Shown here piece after piece: positions 1 to 55,810 of a stretch of DNA of 64,000 bases. Both the position numbers and the translations under genes were made by a program. The DNA is from Phoronis australis (Eukaryota > Animalia > Phoronida), in the NCBI GenBank assembly GCA_002633005.1, contig NMRA01000141.1, positions 669,609-733,608 on the forward strand. The letters run 5' to 3'. Positions within the stretch are counted from its first letter, which is position 1. Each line of letters starts with the position of its first letter. The notes below the pieces were generated by a model. That model saw only the letters and a list, made by a program, of their open reading frames with translations. It had not been told where the DNA came from and searched no databases.

Positions 1-637
1 CAACATTTGAAAATGACAATTTTAACAATTATTTTTATGTGAAGTGGAGAATTACCATAAATTTTAAACTGCATTTTTCTTTCAGCAATGTCTATGCAAA
101 ATAAGCGAATTTGTGTGAAATTAAAACTAATAGCCATTTTTACCACATTCCCATTGCAATGGTCCGTATTAAAGGAGAATGCCTCCCAAAAAACAACCTA
201 TTTTGTATCAATTTAGATTGAGTAGTTCTACTCGATAACAGCACGTTCGGTTGCGTTACCTGATACCTGACGGCAGACGGAGGTGTTGAAATTATCCAAT
301 GACGTCATTGGTTTCACAACACAGGTTACTGGTGTTCGCTTATCGCTTGAGTTCATCGTTAACACCAATAAATCATCAAACTTCGACGTAAAACCCTTAA
401 AAATACACCGAGTTCCTATAAAAACAGTGTTGTTTTATTTCACTGTTACGGATTTATTGGTATTTGGACACACCGTAGCCTACAAAGATCGGCAGCCCAA
501 TTTACCAAGGTCCGTAGCAGGAGGTTGAGGTCTGTTCGGAGATAAATTCGAATTATTCTTCCATGAAATACAGACAAGAGAACCTAGATCTGTGTTGTTT
601 AGACTTGTGATTTTTTGATGAGTTCCACTGAAACGCT

Positions 638-752
638 TGTTATCCCGGCCAGTGGCTCGGAACCCGATCAGGCCCGTCGCGCCCGGACTGACTCGTTATC
701 CCAGCCAGTGGCTTGGAACCCGATCAGGCCCGTCGCGGCCGCCGGGACTGGC
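638..752. repeat. Two-copy ~57 bp tandem repeat inside the Kolobok-like element
   Basis: ttatccc(g/a)gccagtggct(c/t)ggaacccgatcaggcccgtcgcg occurs twice. Confidence 0.85.
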
Positions 753-1439
753 ACGAAAAATAAACCAGCTTGAGTTGGAAACTAAACCTCCAGTCACGAA
801 AAGACTATAATAGTGAGGCAAAGAAATAATGTACTCGTAATTATTTATGTGAATTAGCCATGAAACTGCTTACTACTTACGTGTCGGGGGCCGCGAAGTC
901 GGGTTCCCCTTCCAGAGACCGTCAAGGCAAAGGTTGCACAGTAACAATGATTTGAATAATGTATTTGTATTTCTAAATAAAGGTTTCCCTAACATGTAAC
1001 CATAGCATATAAAATCGAGTAATTGTTTTACAACAGCTTTCTGTCAGCAAACACTGAATTATCATGCGCTCACACAGCCTCAGTGCCCGGTCAATTTTCC
1101 TTTATTGCCGGCATCAAAAGCCGGTAGCGCAGCGGTTTATTCATTGCTGGCTTCTCAACATTTGCACTCACAAATGCTGCAAAGGCATTACATCTAATGA
1201 CACGTAGACTTTAATTGTTTCAGTTTTATATAAGCATTGGTTATGATGAAAATAATTCATTTTGAAACAGAACGCAGAATAATTAACGTCTACATGGCAA
1301 CTCGCCCGGCACCAATCCCGCCTTAGTCAAGAGCTCATCCAACGAAGACGTCATGGGTCGGATCGTTCGGTTTCACAGGCTATCAGTTCGAACCAGAATA
1401 CACTGATCAAGAAATACTAGAGAGGCCCCGTGAACATGC

Positions 1440-1705
1440 ACAGGCAACGGAACGTATGGTTAGTTCTTTGGTTAGCCGGAATTTGTCAGAGAAATCACTG
1501 TCGACGAAATACCGGCCGCAGACACGGAGATGTTTCACGGTCTCATAACTTGCTATTAACAGCGTGCCTTTCATTCTTCACTACCGCAAGCCACTTCCTA
1601 AGCATTTCGGGCTCTCGAGGAAGTCGAAAAAATGACATGCCAGCTTTCTTCGCAGCTTCATATTTCGGGCAAGCGGGAACAATTCACCGCAATATAGCAC
1701 GGCAT
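1440..1705 (-). pseudogene. Frameshifted THAP zinc-finger domain (transposase N-terminus relic)
   Basis: Manual translation across two frameshifts: MPCYIAVNC... / ...AGMSFFRLPREPEMLRKWLAVVKN... / ...VKHLRVCGRYFVDSDF. Matches the THAP pattern (C..C, F-x-F/L-P, R-x-W, VCxxHF) with His replaced by Tyr. Confidence 0.7.
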
Positions 1706-2053
1706 TCACTCTGCAGACGAACCACTGACGTGGCTGCGTTGTTTCTCACCTTCCTCACAGGTTAACGCGACACCTCTCGGCAAGGTGGGGTCAACTGTAT
1801 AAGAGGCGATGTGGATATAGACCGATTAAGACGGTAAAAAAGACTAATTAAATCAGGTGGTATTCTCCTTTAACTACATTACATGCAATATATGTGCCAT
1901 AATAAATTGAAACACTGTAGGACAATGCCTCAATTTTTGCAAACAAAATTTTTTCTTAAAAATTTAATTTGGTTAGCTTAAGTGCTTCAGTACATCATTT
2001 TAAATCTTTATTCCAACTCCCAAAATTCGCAATGTTGTTCTGTACTTCAACAG

Positions 2054-2251
2054 ACACTTCCCATCAATTATGAAGGATCACCTGTCTCATGATGTCCTGC
2101 TGATGTGCGTGCATTGTCACCAGCTGAGCAGTTGCCAAGACAACCGTATGAGGGAGCACTATGCAGACCTCTGCGATGCGCCTATACACAAGGGCTCCAA
2201 CATCAAGTCATTCTCAGATCCTCTCATGAAAAAAGTTCAATCTTCTGCAAG
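2054..2251 (+). CDS. EXD2: EXD2 (exonuclease 3'-5' domain-containing 2), internal coding exon with HNH-like CxxCH region
   Basis: CAG acceptor 2051-2053, GTAAG donor 2252. HFPSIMKDHLSHDVLLMCVHCH...API...KVQSSAR resembles vertebrate EXD2 HFPIEMKDHNSHDVLLLCTSCH...VRSGAR (recalled). Confidence 0.9.
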
Positions 2252-2386
2252 GTAAGCTATAAAACTATGACTTCTTTTCATATAACACTTATTACTCAGC
2301 TATATGGCTACACAATATTTCAATGGTCACACGTTTGTTGGCCACCGGGCACAGGTAGGGTAAGAATCGTAGGTGCAATGCTCAAC

Positions 2387-2610
2387 AGACTGTCATGTGA
2401 CCCAGAGTATCAGCCTGGGCTGGAAGAGTCCAGGACACTAAGTACACTGTACTAACGTTTGATATAGACTGCTTGGTGACCCAGAGTATCAGCCTGGGCT
2501 GGAAGAGTCCAGGACACTAAGTACACTGTACTCATGTTTGATATAGACTGCTTGGTGACCCAGAGTATCAGCCTGGGCTGGAAGAGTCCAGGACAGCAGT
2601 CACTAAGTAC
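2387..2610. repeat. ~80 bp tandem repeat, about 3 copies
   Basis: gtgacccagagtatcagcctgggctggaagagtccaggaca repeated three times. Confidence 0.9.
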
Positions 2611-3182
2611 ACCTGCGGGTGTACCTCCTAAACCCAGCTGCAAGATATTTTGGAAGTGTGCAGAGTGTATTGAGAATAAACTTAACAGAATATTAACACA
2701 ATATATACGGGTTGGACTACCACATCACCTCCTAATGGCAATGTTCACCTCTGCAATCCGTGCATGATTTTCATGAATTAGCACATAGCTTTCTATTCGG
2801 GAGATGATGACACCTTCCTATTTTTGGATGCATTTGACATATTTTGTGCTATCTAGTGGCCATTTTTGATACTAATAAACACCCCTAGAAGCACACGCTT
2901 TGCGTTGCAGCCATGGGTGCATTTCAGTGCTTTGCGTTGATGTCAACGAATCAACTTTCCTGGTCTTGTCTTCTTTTTGAAAACATGTACTAAATTCTGT
3001 AGTTTTCTAGATAATTGACTGAGTGCACAGTTTTGCTGATGAGTTCATGCATTATTAGCCGCCTGCATGCAGCCGTTAAAGGAACTTACATTTGATTTAA
3101 ACCACTGTCCTTTATAAAATTGGTCTCAGATTGTTCCTAATACTAAGATTAGGGGCTATTCATGGGTAACACTGACAGTTGA

Positions 3183-3445
3183 GTAGTGCTTGAGACTATG
3201 TTATGTAGTGCTTGAGACTATGTTGGGCAGTGCTTGAGACTATGTTGTGTAGTGCTTGAGACTATGTTGTGTAGTGCTTGAGACTATGTTGTGTAGTGCT
3301 TGAGACTATGTTGTGTAGTGCTTGAGACTGTGTTGGGCAGTGCTTGAGACTATGTTGTGTAGTGCTTGAGACTATGTTGTGTAGTGCTTGAGACTATGTT
3401 GTGTAGTGCTTGAGTCCATGTTGGGCAGTGCTTTAGACCATGTTC
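3183..3445. repeat. 22 bp minisatellite, about 12 copies
   Basis: Unit gtagtgcttgagactatgttgt, with ggcagtg variants. Confidence 0.95.
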
Positions 3446-3714
3446 GGTCCATAAAATAACCAGCCATAACAAGCCAGCTCATCGAGATTGATTTCGAGCA
3501 ACAGTTGGGCAGAGCTTGAAACCATTTTCAGTGCATAAATAATTTGCCGTAACAAGCCAGCTCATCGAGGCTGATCTGGAGCAATAGCTGTCTGTTCTTC
3601 CTAATCCCAGGAATCACTTCTCATCTGAATAATAAACAAGTTGAGTCATAACAGTAACAGGCCGCAGTCATCAGTTAATTTGCTGACCACTTTAAGGTAT
3701 TTATTCCCCTACAG

Positions 3715-3846
3715 GGCATTGGTCAAGAACAAGAGGTTGCTTCCAGATGACCGTAGGCACGAATTAGAAGAAAACATTCGCAACTTTTTTGGTGTGACCG
3801 AAGTGGACGATGAAGTTCTTGATCGTGCAGTGAACATTGACACTCG
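3715..3846 (+). CDS. EXD2: EXD2 penultimate coding exon
   Basis: ACAG acceptor ending 3714, GTAAG donor 3847, phase matches neighbours. (R)ALVKNKRLLPDDRRHELEENIRNFFGVTEVDDEVLDRAVNIDTR resembles EXD2 RALLNAESLPTQRKEELLQALREFY...ETR. Confidence 0.88.
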
Positions 3847-5177
3847 GTAAGTCTCAAATTAGGGTTTGTTTTCAGAGCTGAAATAGACCAAATGTCACCA
3901 TCTTCTCAAAGGTTAGGTTTACAATCAGTGAGAGTGACAAAGTATCGCGTGCTGGCGTCATGCTATACTGGCCAGTCTGTGATCTGTTTGTACAAGGTGA
4001 CACATTTTGAATAAGAATAACTCAAAAAAGAGATTTTTTTCTCACTGATAGCATTGCCAAGAAGTGGAAGTTTTTCCTTTTTAATACCTAGTGTTTAAAA
4101 ATTACAGTCTTCAAAATTACCCGTCTAACTCAGCAGGTGATCGCTTACCTTTCACTTTCTGGATTCCAGATTGGGGAACTTGTGTCCCACAAATCAGTTC
4201 CCAGGGATACGCACACATCAGTTTTCGCTATCCACAAAACATGATCCGTAAAAGTTCAATTTGCCAATAATTGTCTACTCCTGTTGCTGCATTGCAAAGT
4301 AATACTTAATACTCACAATAGCCATTTTTGATACAGTGGCGATGTAGTGAAATAGTCAGTTGTTAAATGGCAATACAGTATTTGGTGGTTAGCGTTCAGA
4401 GCCACCTAGTGTTCACCTGTGTCATGTATGGAGATTTGATGTTTTGGATGTCCCATTGTTTTGAACAACTCTTTTTGATCATCAGTCCATCAAATTACTA
4501 CTGTTGTGTGCTGGGATAGTCAAATGTTTCATGCAAAAATGTTACAAAATGTCCGTGAGTGAAGAGACTGCAGTTTGTCTGCGTCTACTTGGCCAACCAT
4601 GCCCAAGATCAAGCAGAAGACGCTTTCCAGTGCCCTCCGCAACATGTTTTAATGTGTCGCCGAAGCCTGTTTCAACAAGTCTCTTCGACCTGTTTGTGGG
4701 CACTTGCTGCATGTTTGAATGGCCCTCTGCCACTTATGGGTTAAGTTTCAAGTGTGCTGAACACCGCAGGGTTCTGTTTCTAAGTAAAAAATTGTCACCT
4801 GTTTGCAAATAATTTGTCATCAGTCTTTAAACTTAAAAATTTGAACAAACGTTTTTCTGCAGTGCTACGCATTACTGTCAATAAGTATGCAGGTAAATGT
4901 GCACGTGAGATAGTGCAACTCCAGGTACATTTGCACTACAGAGAACATGAGCCATGGCGTGCTTCCAACATGTTTGTTAAGGTCTGCACACTTCCATCAC
5001 ATTGGAAGTTTCTGTCTTGGAAACCTTTGCTTTCAAATTTTGGCTATTAATTCATCAGTGGCTAATTAATATACTATCAAACTATGACCACGGATGTTGA
5101 CTGTTTTGTTGTCTGATCACAAAATTTAATTCAATCCCAATTTCGTATTCTCAGCTTTAACTATTACTCATTGCTAG

Positions 5178-5370
5178 GGTGATTAATGAGGACTACTATC
5201 CCCATGGTGAGAAGGTTGTGCGCAACATGATGGAGAAGGGTAGACTGATGGAGTTTGAAAAGGAGTGGCGACAACACTTCCTGGATACCATGAAACCACT
5301 ACATCTCCCGCCTTACTGGTCTGTTGATCACAATCATGAACGACTTACAGAATTGGAGACAAAGTCATAA
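5178..5370 (+). CDS. EXD2: EXD2 last coding exon
   Basis: TAG acceptor ending 5177. VINEDYYPHGEKVV...EKEWRQHFLDTMKPLHLPPYWSVDHNH matches the EXD2 C-terminal motif WRQHFLDSMQPKHLPQQWSVDHNH. TAA stop ends at 5370. Confidence 0.92.
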
Positions 5371-6603
5371 GGTTATATTGTTGATTTCAATACTTGGGTT
5401 AATGTTTAAAAGTTAAGTGCTTCCTGGCATTTTGGAGGTATTAATGCCGCCGTTTGTTATATTTGTGCTGCTTAGACGTTTATTTTTAAATTGAAATATT
5501 TCCATAAAGCCGTTGTGTTGGTGCTTTCTGTCAAAGCTCTGTAGATTAGAAGTGATGGTTTGTTTTTGCTTAAAACCCGGTTTAATGACCTGGCTTGACC
5601 CCGTGGGTCTTTTTACGTGCCATCTTGACATAGAGCATTTACCTATAATGTGAGTAAGGAACTGGTTGGGACCTGTCTTGTAACAGTTGGTGGTCCATGT
5701 CAAAGGTTAGGCTTTTTTGACAGAAAGCTGGCTCTTTAGAGCTTTATTGGGTCTGCTGAGCACGTATTGAATAATGCTTGTGCTGTGGGGATTGTTGGAA
5801 TGTCGAGGGTAATTTGTTTTATTGTTATCGTTATATGTCACGTTTCGAGTGTTTTCACTGGAAGTGTAAGCTCAAGAAGATGTAAGAAATTTTATTTTAC
5901 TTTGGGTTCTTATACAAAACCTTCAACATCAGCCCTTTGAAAGCTATTTTCCACACAGCACTTAAATTACTGGACATTTTGAAATGGGCATAATGTTACA
6001 CTGCACTCCATTAGTTTTAAAATGTCATGTTGCATCACACAATCGTCATGGTGGCAGTTGTAATAGCCATTGTTACTGAAACAGTTTCAATGTTAAACTT
6101 TTAGTTGTGTTGTCCTATAAGACTGTTCAGTTGGGTATGAGTCTTGGTATTATCACTATTGCCACCTATTGGCGACAAGACAACATGATTCCTGTCCTCA
6201 CTGTGTATTTGACCTCGGCAGCGTCATTTGTGATTTCTGTTTTTTCTTGTAAAATGTTTTTGGCTGAAACAAACTGAATATGTTTGTCATGCGAATATCA
6301 GGCGACTTTGTGGAACGCCCCGTAAAACATTTTTTTTCTGATGATTTTGTTAGAGGAACTAACTCTTGTTTTATGCCTAGTACAGCTTTTTATAAAACCG
6401 TTACAATTGCTCTTAACTTGTTTCTCCAGTATCTTGGATGAGATGTGGTTTCTGGACTTGGAAATAAGTGACAATTCATTACTGCTTGAGACCATGTTGT
6501 CCCCCCTCCCCCCTGCCTCCCAACTTACAGAGCCTGGTCTCAAGCAATGATGAATATCAGTTCTTTCTTTGCAAGTCCAGAAATCACCTTTAATTTGACT
6601 AAT

Positions 6604-6864
6604 GGAGACTTTTAAATAGCAACATGGCGACTAGTCATGTTGGACTGGATACCAGCGGCCTCTAGAGGACGAGGAGGCACATTATAACTTTTGTTTACAA
6701 CCCCTCACGTCTAATCACGCACAATGTAAAAGGGTCTTTTCACAAAGTCAAACTGTTCCCCTTTGTCACCTGCTGCGAAGATAGACTAACTCCTCATACC
6801 ACTAGGTGGCGATATGAGTCTCTTGTTCCACGTGATTTGCCCCCATTGCTTCCTGAAAGTCTCC
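6604..6864. mobile_element. MITE with 3 bp AAT target duplication (PIF/Harbinger-like) in the EXD2 3' region
   Basis: Ends GGAGACTTT / AAAGTCTCC. AAT at 6601-6603 and 6865-6867. Confidence 0.6.
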
Positions 6865-7874
6865 AATTAAAATTTGACACCTGTTTCATAACGGCAATTG
6901 TAGTAAATCAGTTTGTTTTTTTTTTAATTAAGTTGGGTTTACAGCCACTTTGATTTCCACAGTGTTCTTGTCTGTTTGGCAATAGAATCACAAGAGTTAC
7001 CTTTTTAATAATGTCTCTTTTAATTTGTGATAGTGACTTCCCTCCATTAAATGTAGCTGTTGTTTTTCAAGACACTGTTGTCATTGTATTAAAAGGGAAT
7101 ATTTCCTCCAGAATGTGCTTTGGTCATTTAGGTGTACAATGCAAGTTTTTTTGAATAAGTTCTATAAGTTACAACAAAAGCAATGAAAATAATAATTCCT
7201 CTAACCAGAAGTGAGTCTTTGATCAAGTCACAATGCAAACACTGGGTGCCTGATCAGCTGAAGTGCAGTCGCATTAGTGTTTTTGCCCATTTCTGACATC
7301 ATTGTTGAAATCAAATGGCTAATTGTTATGTACCAAGGAAGATACTGAAAATCATTGGTCGTCTCGACCATTAAGTGCAGTTACCAAAACTGATAAGCAA
7401 AAGACCAGGTCTTTCTGGAACTGTCCAAAATTTGGGGAACTTCACTCTTTCCATCATATCAAGAAATAATTTCATTTTTATTGAATGTACTTCCGGCTCA
7501 AAACACCCACAATATGCCACGTTGATCAAAAAAGCTTCGAAGAAATGTAACGTTCCCCTCCCATGTTTACTTGAGAATCTCATTCATAGTCCATACTCAG
7601 TTTCTACTTGGTACTAGACAAAAAGTATTGTATCTGTTTTTAAAATATTCCTTCCAACTGTGGTTAACAGGTAATCTTTATACCTAACATGTTATCTGTT
7701 GAGAATCGACATTATTTTGTTATATTATGTATTTATTGTTGAGATATAAACAAGTTTAAGAGTTAGACTCTTAAACTTGAGTTAAAATTAGTAAAAATTG
7801 TTTTGTTCAGTTTGCGGGAGTAGTTGGCAGTCTACCTTTTGGTGATTGGTAGGTACTATGTGGGTGGTCTTGTT

Positions 7875-7880
7875 ATTAAA
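7875..7880 (+). terminator. Candidate EXD2 poly(A) signal ATTAAA
   Basis: Variant hexamer at the end of the T-rich + strand block, CA about 17 nt downstream. Confidence 0.45.
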
Positions 7881-7890
7881 ATACTGGAGT

Positions 7891-10800
7891 TGTGTCATAA
7901 AAACAAACATTTATTGACTTACGAAAAACCCCCCTATTTATATAGAGTGGGGCAAATAAGTAACATTATAGAAATAGTAAGAAGAAATTTTTAACACGAT
8001 AGTCAAAACGAAAAGCCTCTTTTTACAGCTTTGTGGAAATACTGACAATTATGCAATTACAAGCCTGTTTTTTTACAATGAATTAGGCGTCAGATTTTCA
8101 AAACACACAGACACAGGTCTCACTTATAAGTTCATTACATAGAACCTCATACTTTATTGCTAAAAGCATTACCACATACGCAGTCAACTTTGTTCAATGG
8201 CTACTGAAAGAAAACCCTGTAATAAATCCAAACATGATTTGAACCGTGCCTTGTGTTTTTGTGTTCTACTCTTGCTTTCTGCTAATTCTGGGAAACGAGG
8301 ACAGTACACATTGTTTTCAGACACCCACCTTATCACTCATACTCACCGCAAAAATATAAAAATATGCATGAAAAAATCTAGTCTTTTCAAACATGGCTCT
8401 TGATTTTAAACATGGTTTTGTCACTTTCAAACATGTCTAGAGACTTTCTAACGTGGTTCAGAATTTTTCAAATACAATAGTTGAAACAATGGAGGAACAA
8501 GTTCCTCTAACCATGTAACCGAGCACACAAGTGTTTCTACACGGTTTGTATCCTGATCTAATGACTGAAGTACAAGGTACTTGTGGTTTGAACATAAATG
8601 ACCGTTGCAACACCAGGCCTGCTACATTCTCTTTGAAAGCCTCGAACACTCCAAATGAAAGTGAAGGGCATTTAGGCAACCCTTTCATTGAGTATTCATT
8701 TGGTAGTGGTATGGCGTTTTGTACATTAAAATCTCACCAATGTAGGACACAATATGGCAGAACAGGGCCCGGTTGCATCAAAGTTAAACGCTGGATGGTA
8801 AGAATGACGTATTATCATGCATCTCGTTATTGTTGAACCAATGCACTGGACGTCATGCATCAAAGGTATCCAGTGGATAAGTTTTTAATTTTTATGGAAC
8901 CCAGCCCTGGGGTCTGTTACACAAAACGTGACTCATGACTTAAGTCAGAAATTTGGTCTTACACTCCAAACAACTATTTCTGAAAAAATATTTAAATCTC
9001 GTTTGAGCAAAAATTCAAAGTTTGAGAATATACACATAACTGCTAAATGCTAAGATACTTTTCGTAAAATTATTTCTAGACTGTGGTTTTTACAAAATTA
9101 ATTGTTAACCTTTATTCAACAATTTTGAAGTGGGAGAGTAAGACCAAAGGTGCGGCTCCTTGTCATAAATCACTTTTCATGAAACCGCACTGACAACTAA
9201 CGCACGTTTTAAAATCGTATATCGTACCACCAGACAATGTTTTGAAAAGTGACAAAAATTCGGAATTATTTTTGTGCAGAATTGGCAAGATTTTATCATG
9301 AATTCAGTGCCCATTAATACTTTGATAAGTGAATCTTCATCAAAAAAGAAAATGCAAACAGAGAGTAAGACCATTGAACACCACAAAAATCAAGCATGAG
9401 TGAAAAATAAAATGGAGAGAACACAACAATAAAGATCAGGCTTTCCTTTAAGTCAACAATCTAAAATTCAAACAAAAACAATATACATATTCAGCACCAT
9501 TGAAATAAGGCAAACCTGATAAATTCTGGTGGTAACGTTTTGGAAATGTGTCATGGCAATACTTTCAGGACGTTAGTGAGCGCTTCTATGGCGCTTTGAC
9601 AAAACATTGACAACATAAAGTGATGAATTATTGGTACATAAAGACAACATCAACCCTTAGAACAGATCCAAAATACTTCGTCATTCTTTCTACTCTACAC
9701 AATTCAGCAAGTGGGGAACACCAGAACATGAAATTATATTTTCCATACAAGTCAGTAAGACGATAATCCGTGAGTATTATTCGGTACTTTCTTTAGATAG
9801 CCATGTTAGAGTTTTCATGTGTTAAAAATGGCACTAATTAATTACTAGTCAATTATCAACAGTGCAAAATGAATGGGTGGTTGTGAAATTTCAAGTAGGT
9901 GATGAAAATGGATTAAACTCAAAATTTCATTGATTTTCAAAACAACTTTGACACTCACCATCATTGCTTACAAAGGTTTGCACTTGATCTACGTTAAGTT
10001 TATCGTCAACATATTTTCACTGAACCCTTCAGATGGCAGTGAAGTGCAATACACTCGTTACATCTGCACCAAGTCAACAATAGACACTCTTTATCATCTG
10101 TTATCAGACTTATTACTTGATCGATTGTCTTGCAAAGACTGGAAGCTACCCATTGAAGGTCACCCCCATGGGTTATTTTTTCTTGTAAGCGGTACTTAGG
10201 AATGTCTATAAAACAAATCCAACTTTAAATATAACACAACACAATAGAGTAGAGTCCCCTGCTCTTCATAAAAAGTTAAGTAAATGGCACATTGATAAAC
10301 ATTAAGTACATCATTAATACCAAAGCAGCACATTATCTCTATTTCAAAAATATAACCTTACCTAGTCTCTCAAAATATGTTAAATAAACAACAAGCCATG
10401 GGCAGCAACAAAACCACACAACAAGACTAGAGTAACATGTGTAGACCTAATTTATTCAACTATCTTTTTGGAATAAATATACATTTTGTGTATAAATAAA
10501 TATTTATTTGATAATGTTCAAAGTGATTGACAGCTGGAATAAGAAACCTCAAATCTTGATATTTTAAGTTACCTGTAGTGATACCGAGCTATCAAGCCTG
10601 TCCCTTCTGAAGTTCTGGAACAGCATTTTGCTGCAGTGACAGACAGATCCACATAATGACAATTTATTTACAATGGTTTCTTAATTAAAATACAAATTGT
10701 CAATCACTAAAAATACAGGCCTGAGACATAATGAAGGAATGAACAACAAAAACAAAAAAACACAACAACAAGACAACAAAAATGTAAAGATAAACTGTAA

Positions 10801-11050
10801 ATTTCAAAATCAATACTAAAAATAGCAGCTTATGTCAAAAACTGCTCGACCCTGAATTCCCTTAGTATCAGAATAGTTGTAATAATTATAACATGCCCCG
10901 CTCACTCCTGGTTTAGGGAACCTTGAGGACACTGTGCTGTAGTGTCTCAGTGGCAATTAAGAATAGACTCTCCTCAAACAGAGATTCATAAAAGATCGGC
11001 TCTTTTGATTAAGAGGTATAAATGTAGACACACATCTCCACTTCCTCTCC
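7891..11050 (-). other. COE: Probable ~3.1 kb COE 3' UTR
   Basis: Strong A-rich skew on +. Several - strand AATAAA hexamers (about 10660, 10503, 10451, 9111, 8153, 7910). Confidence 0.5.
7910..7915 (-). terminator. Candidate distal COE poly(A) signal AATAAA
   Basis: TTTATT on + at the boundary of the A-rich block (T-rich on -) that runs from the COE stop codon. Confidence 0.5.
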
Positions 11051-55424
<44,374 letters not shown>

Positions 55425-55719
55425 TTTACCGATAATTTTCACGGACGTTTTGACTTGGTGCCGAGAACGATACTGCTCCTCCGCGTTTATAATTCGCAAG
55501 ACTCTGTTACGGTCCTCAAGTGGCTAATACGTTGTACGAGATCAAATGCGCGCAGCTTTGCCAATTCGATGTATTAATTTATCCTACCAGATCTCAAATC
55601 CTATTATTATCGGCAAAAAACTGTTAAGGAACCCGGCGTAATTTACGTGGTCTCTCAAAACATTAGTCTATGGAGACCGCGGAGGGTTTATTATTAACTC
55701 CCAATAGTCGAAGTTAAAC

Positions 55720-55810
55720 CCAAGAGGAATGACGACAATATCTCTTCTATATAGCTATAAACCACCAATAATGTCAGAGTTAATAGAAGGTTATGCCCCG
55801 CCCACCTGCA
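55720..55810 (-). promoter_or_regulatory. Candidate COE core promoter, TSS near 55730
   Basis: In - strand order: E-box CAGGTG (55803-55808), GC box GGGCGGGG (55796-55803), CCAAT (55765-55769), TATA-like TTTATAG/TATATAG (55747-55761), Inr-like TCATTCC (55726-55732). Confidence 0.55.

Larger units (their letters stand above)
173..1869 (-). mobile_element. Kolobok-like non-autonomous DNA transposon in an EXD2 intron
   Basis: TTAA at 169-172 and 1870-1873. Terminal inverted repeat AGGAGAATGCCTCC / GGTGGTATTCTCCT (12 of 14 match), RR...YY ends. Internal decayed THAP reading frame on the - strand. Confidence 0.8.
5371..7897 (+). other. EXD2: Probable EXD2 3' UTR
   Basis: T-rich + strand from the stop codon to about 7890, where the skew flips. 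ATTAAA at 7875-7880. Confidence 0.5.

Noticed and set aside
1430-1765. 111 aa + strand ORF
   Set aside because: No recognisable family; it lies antisense to the THAP relic in a transposon.
3183-3445. Regular 22 bp repeats as a CRISPR array
   Set aside because: Units are contiguous with no unique spacers, there are no cas genes, and the context is a eukaryotic intron.
55425-55499. N-terminal extension of COE from the listed 66 aa ORF
   Set aside because: Starts at a non-ATG codon; the conserved MFG start is at 55424.
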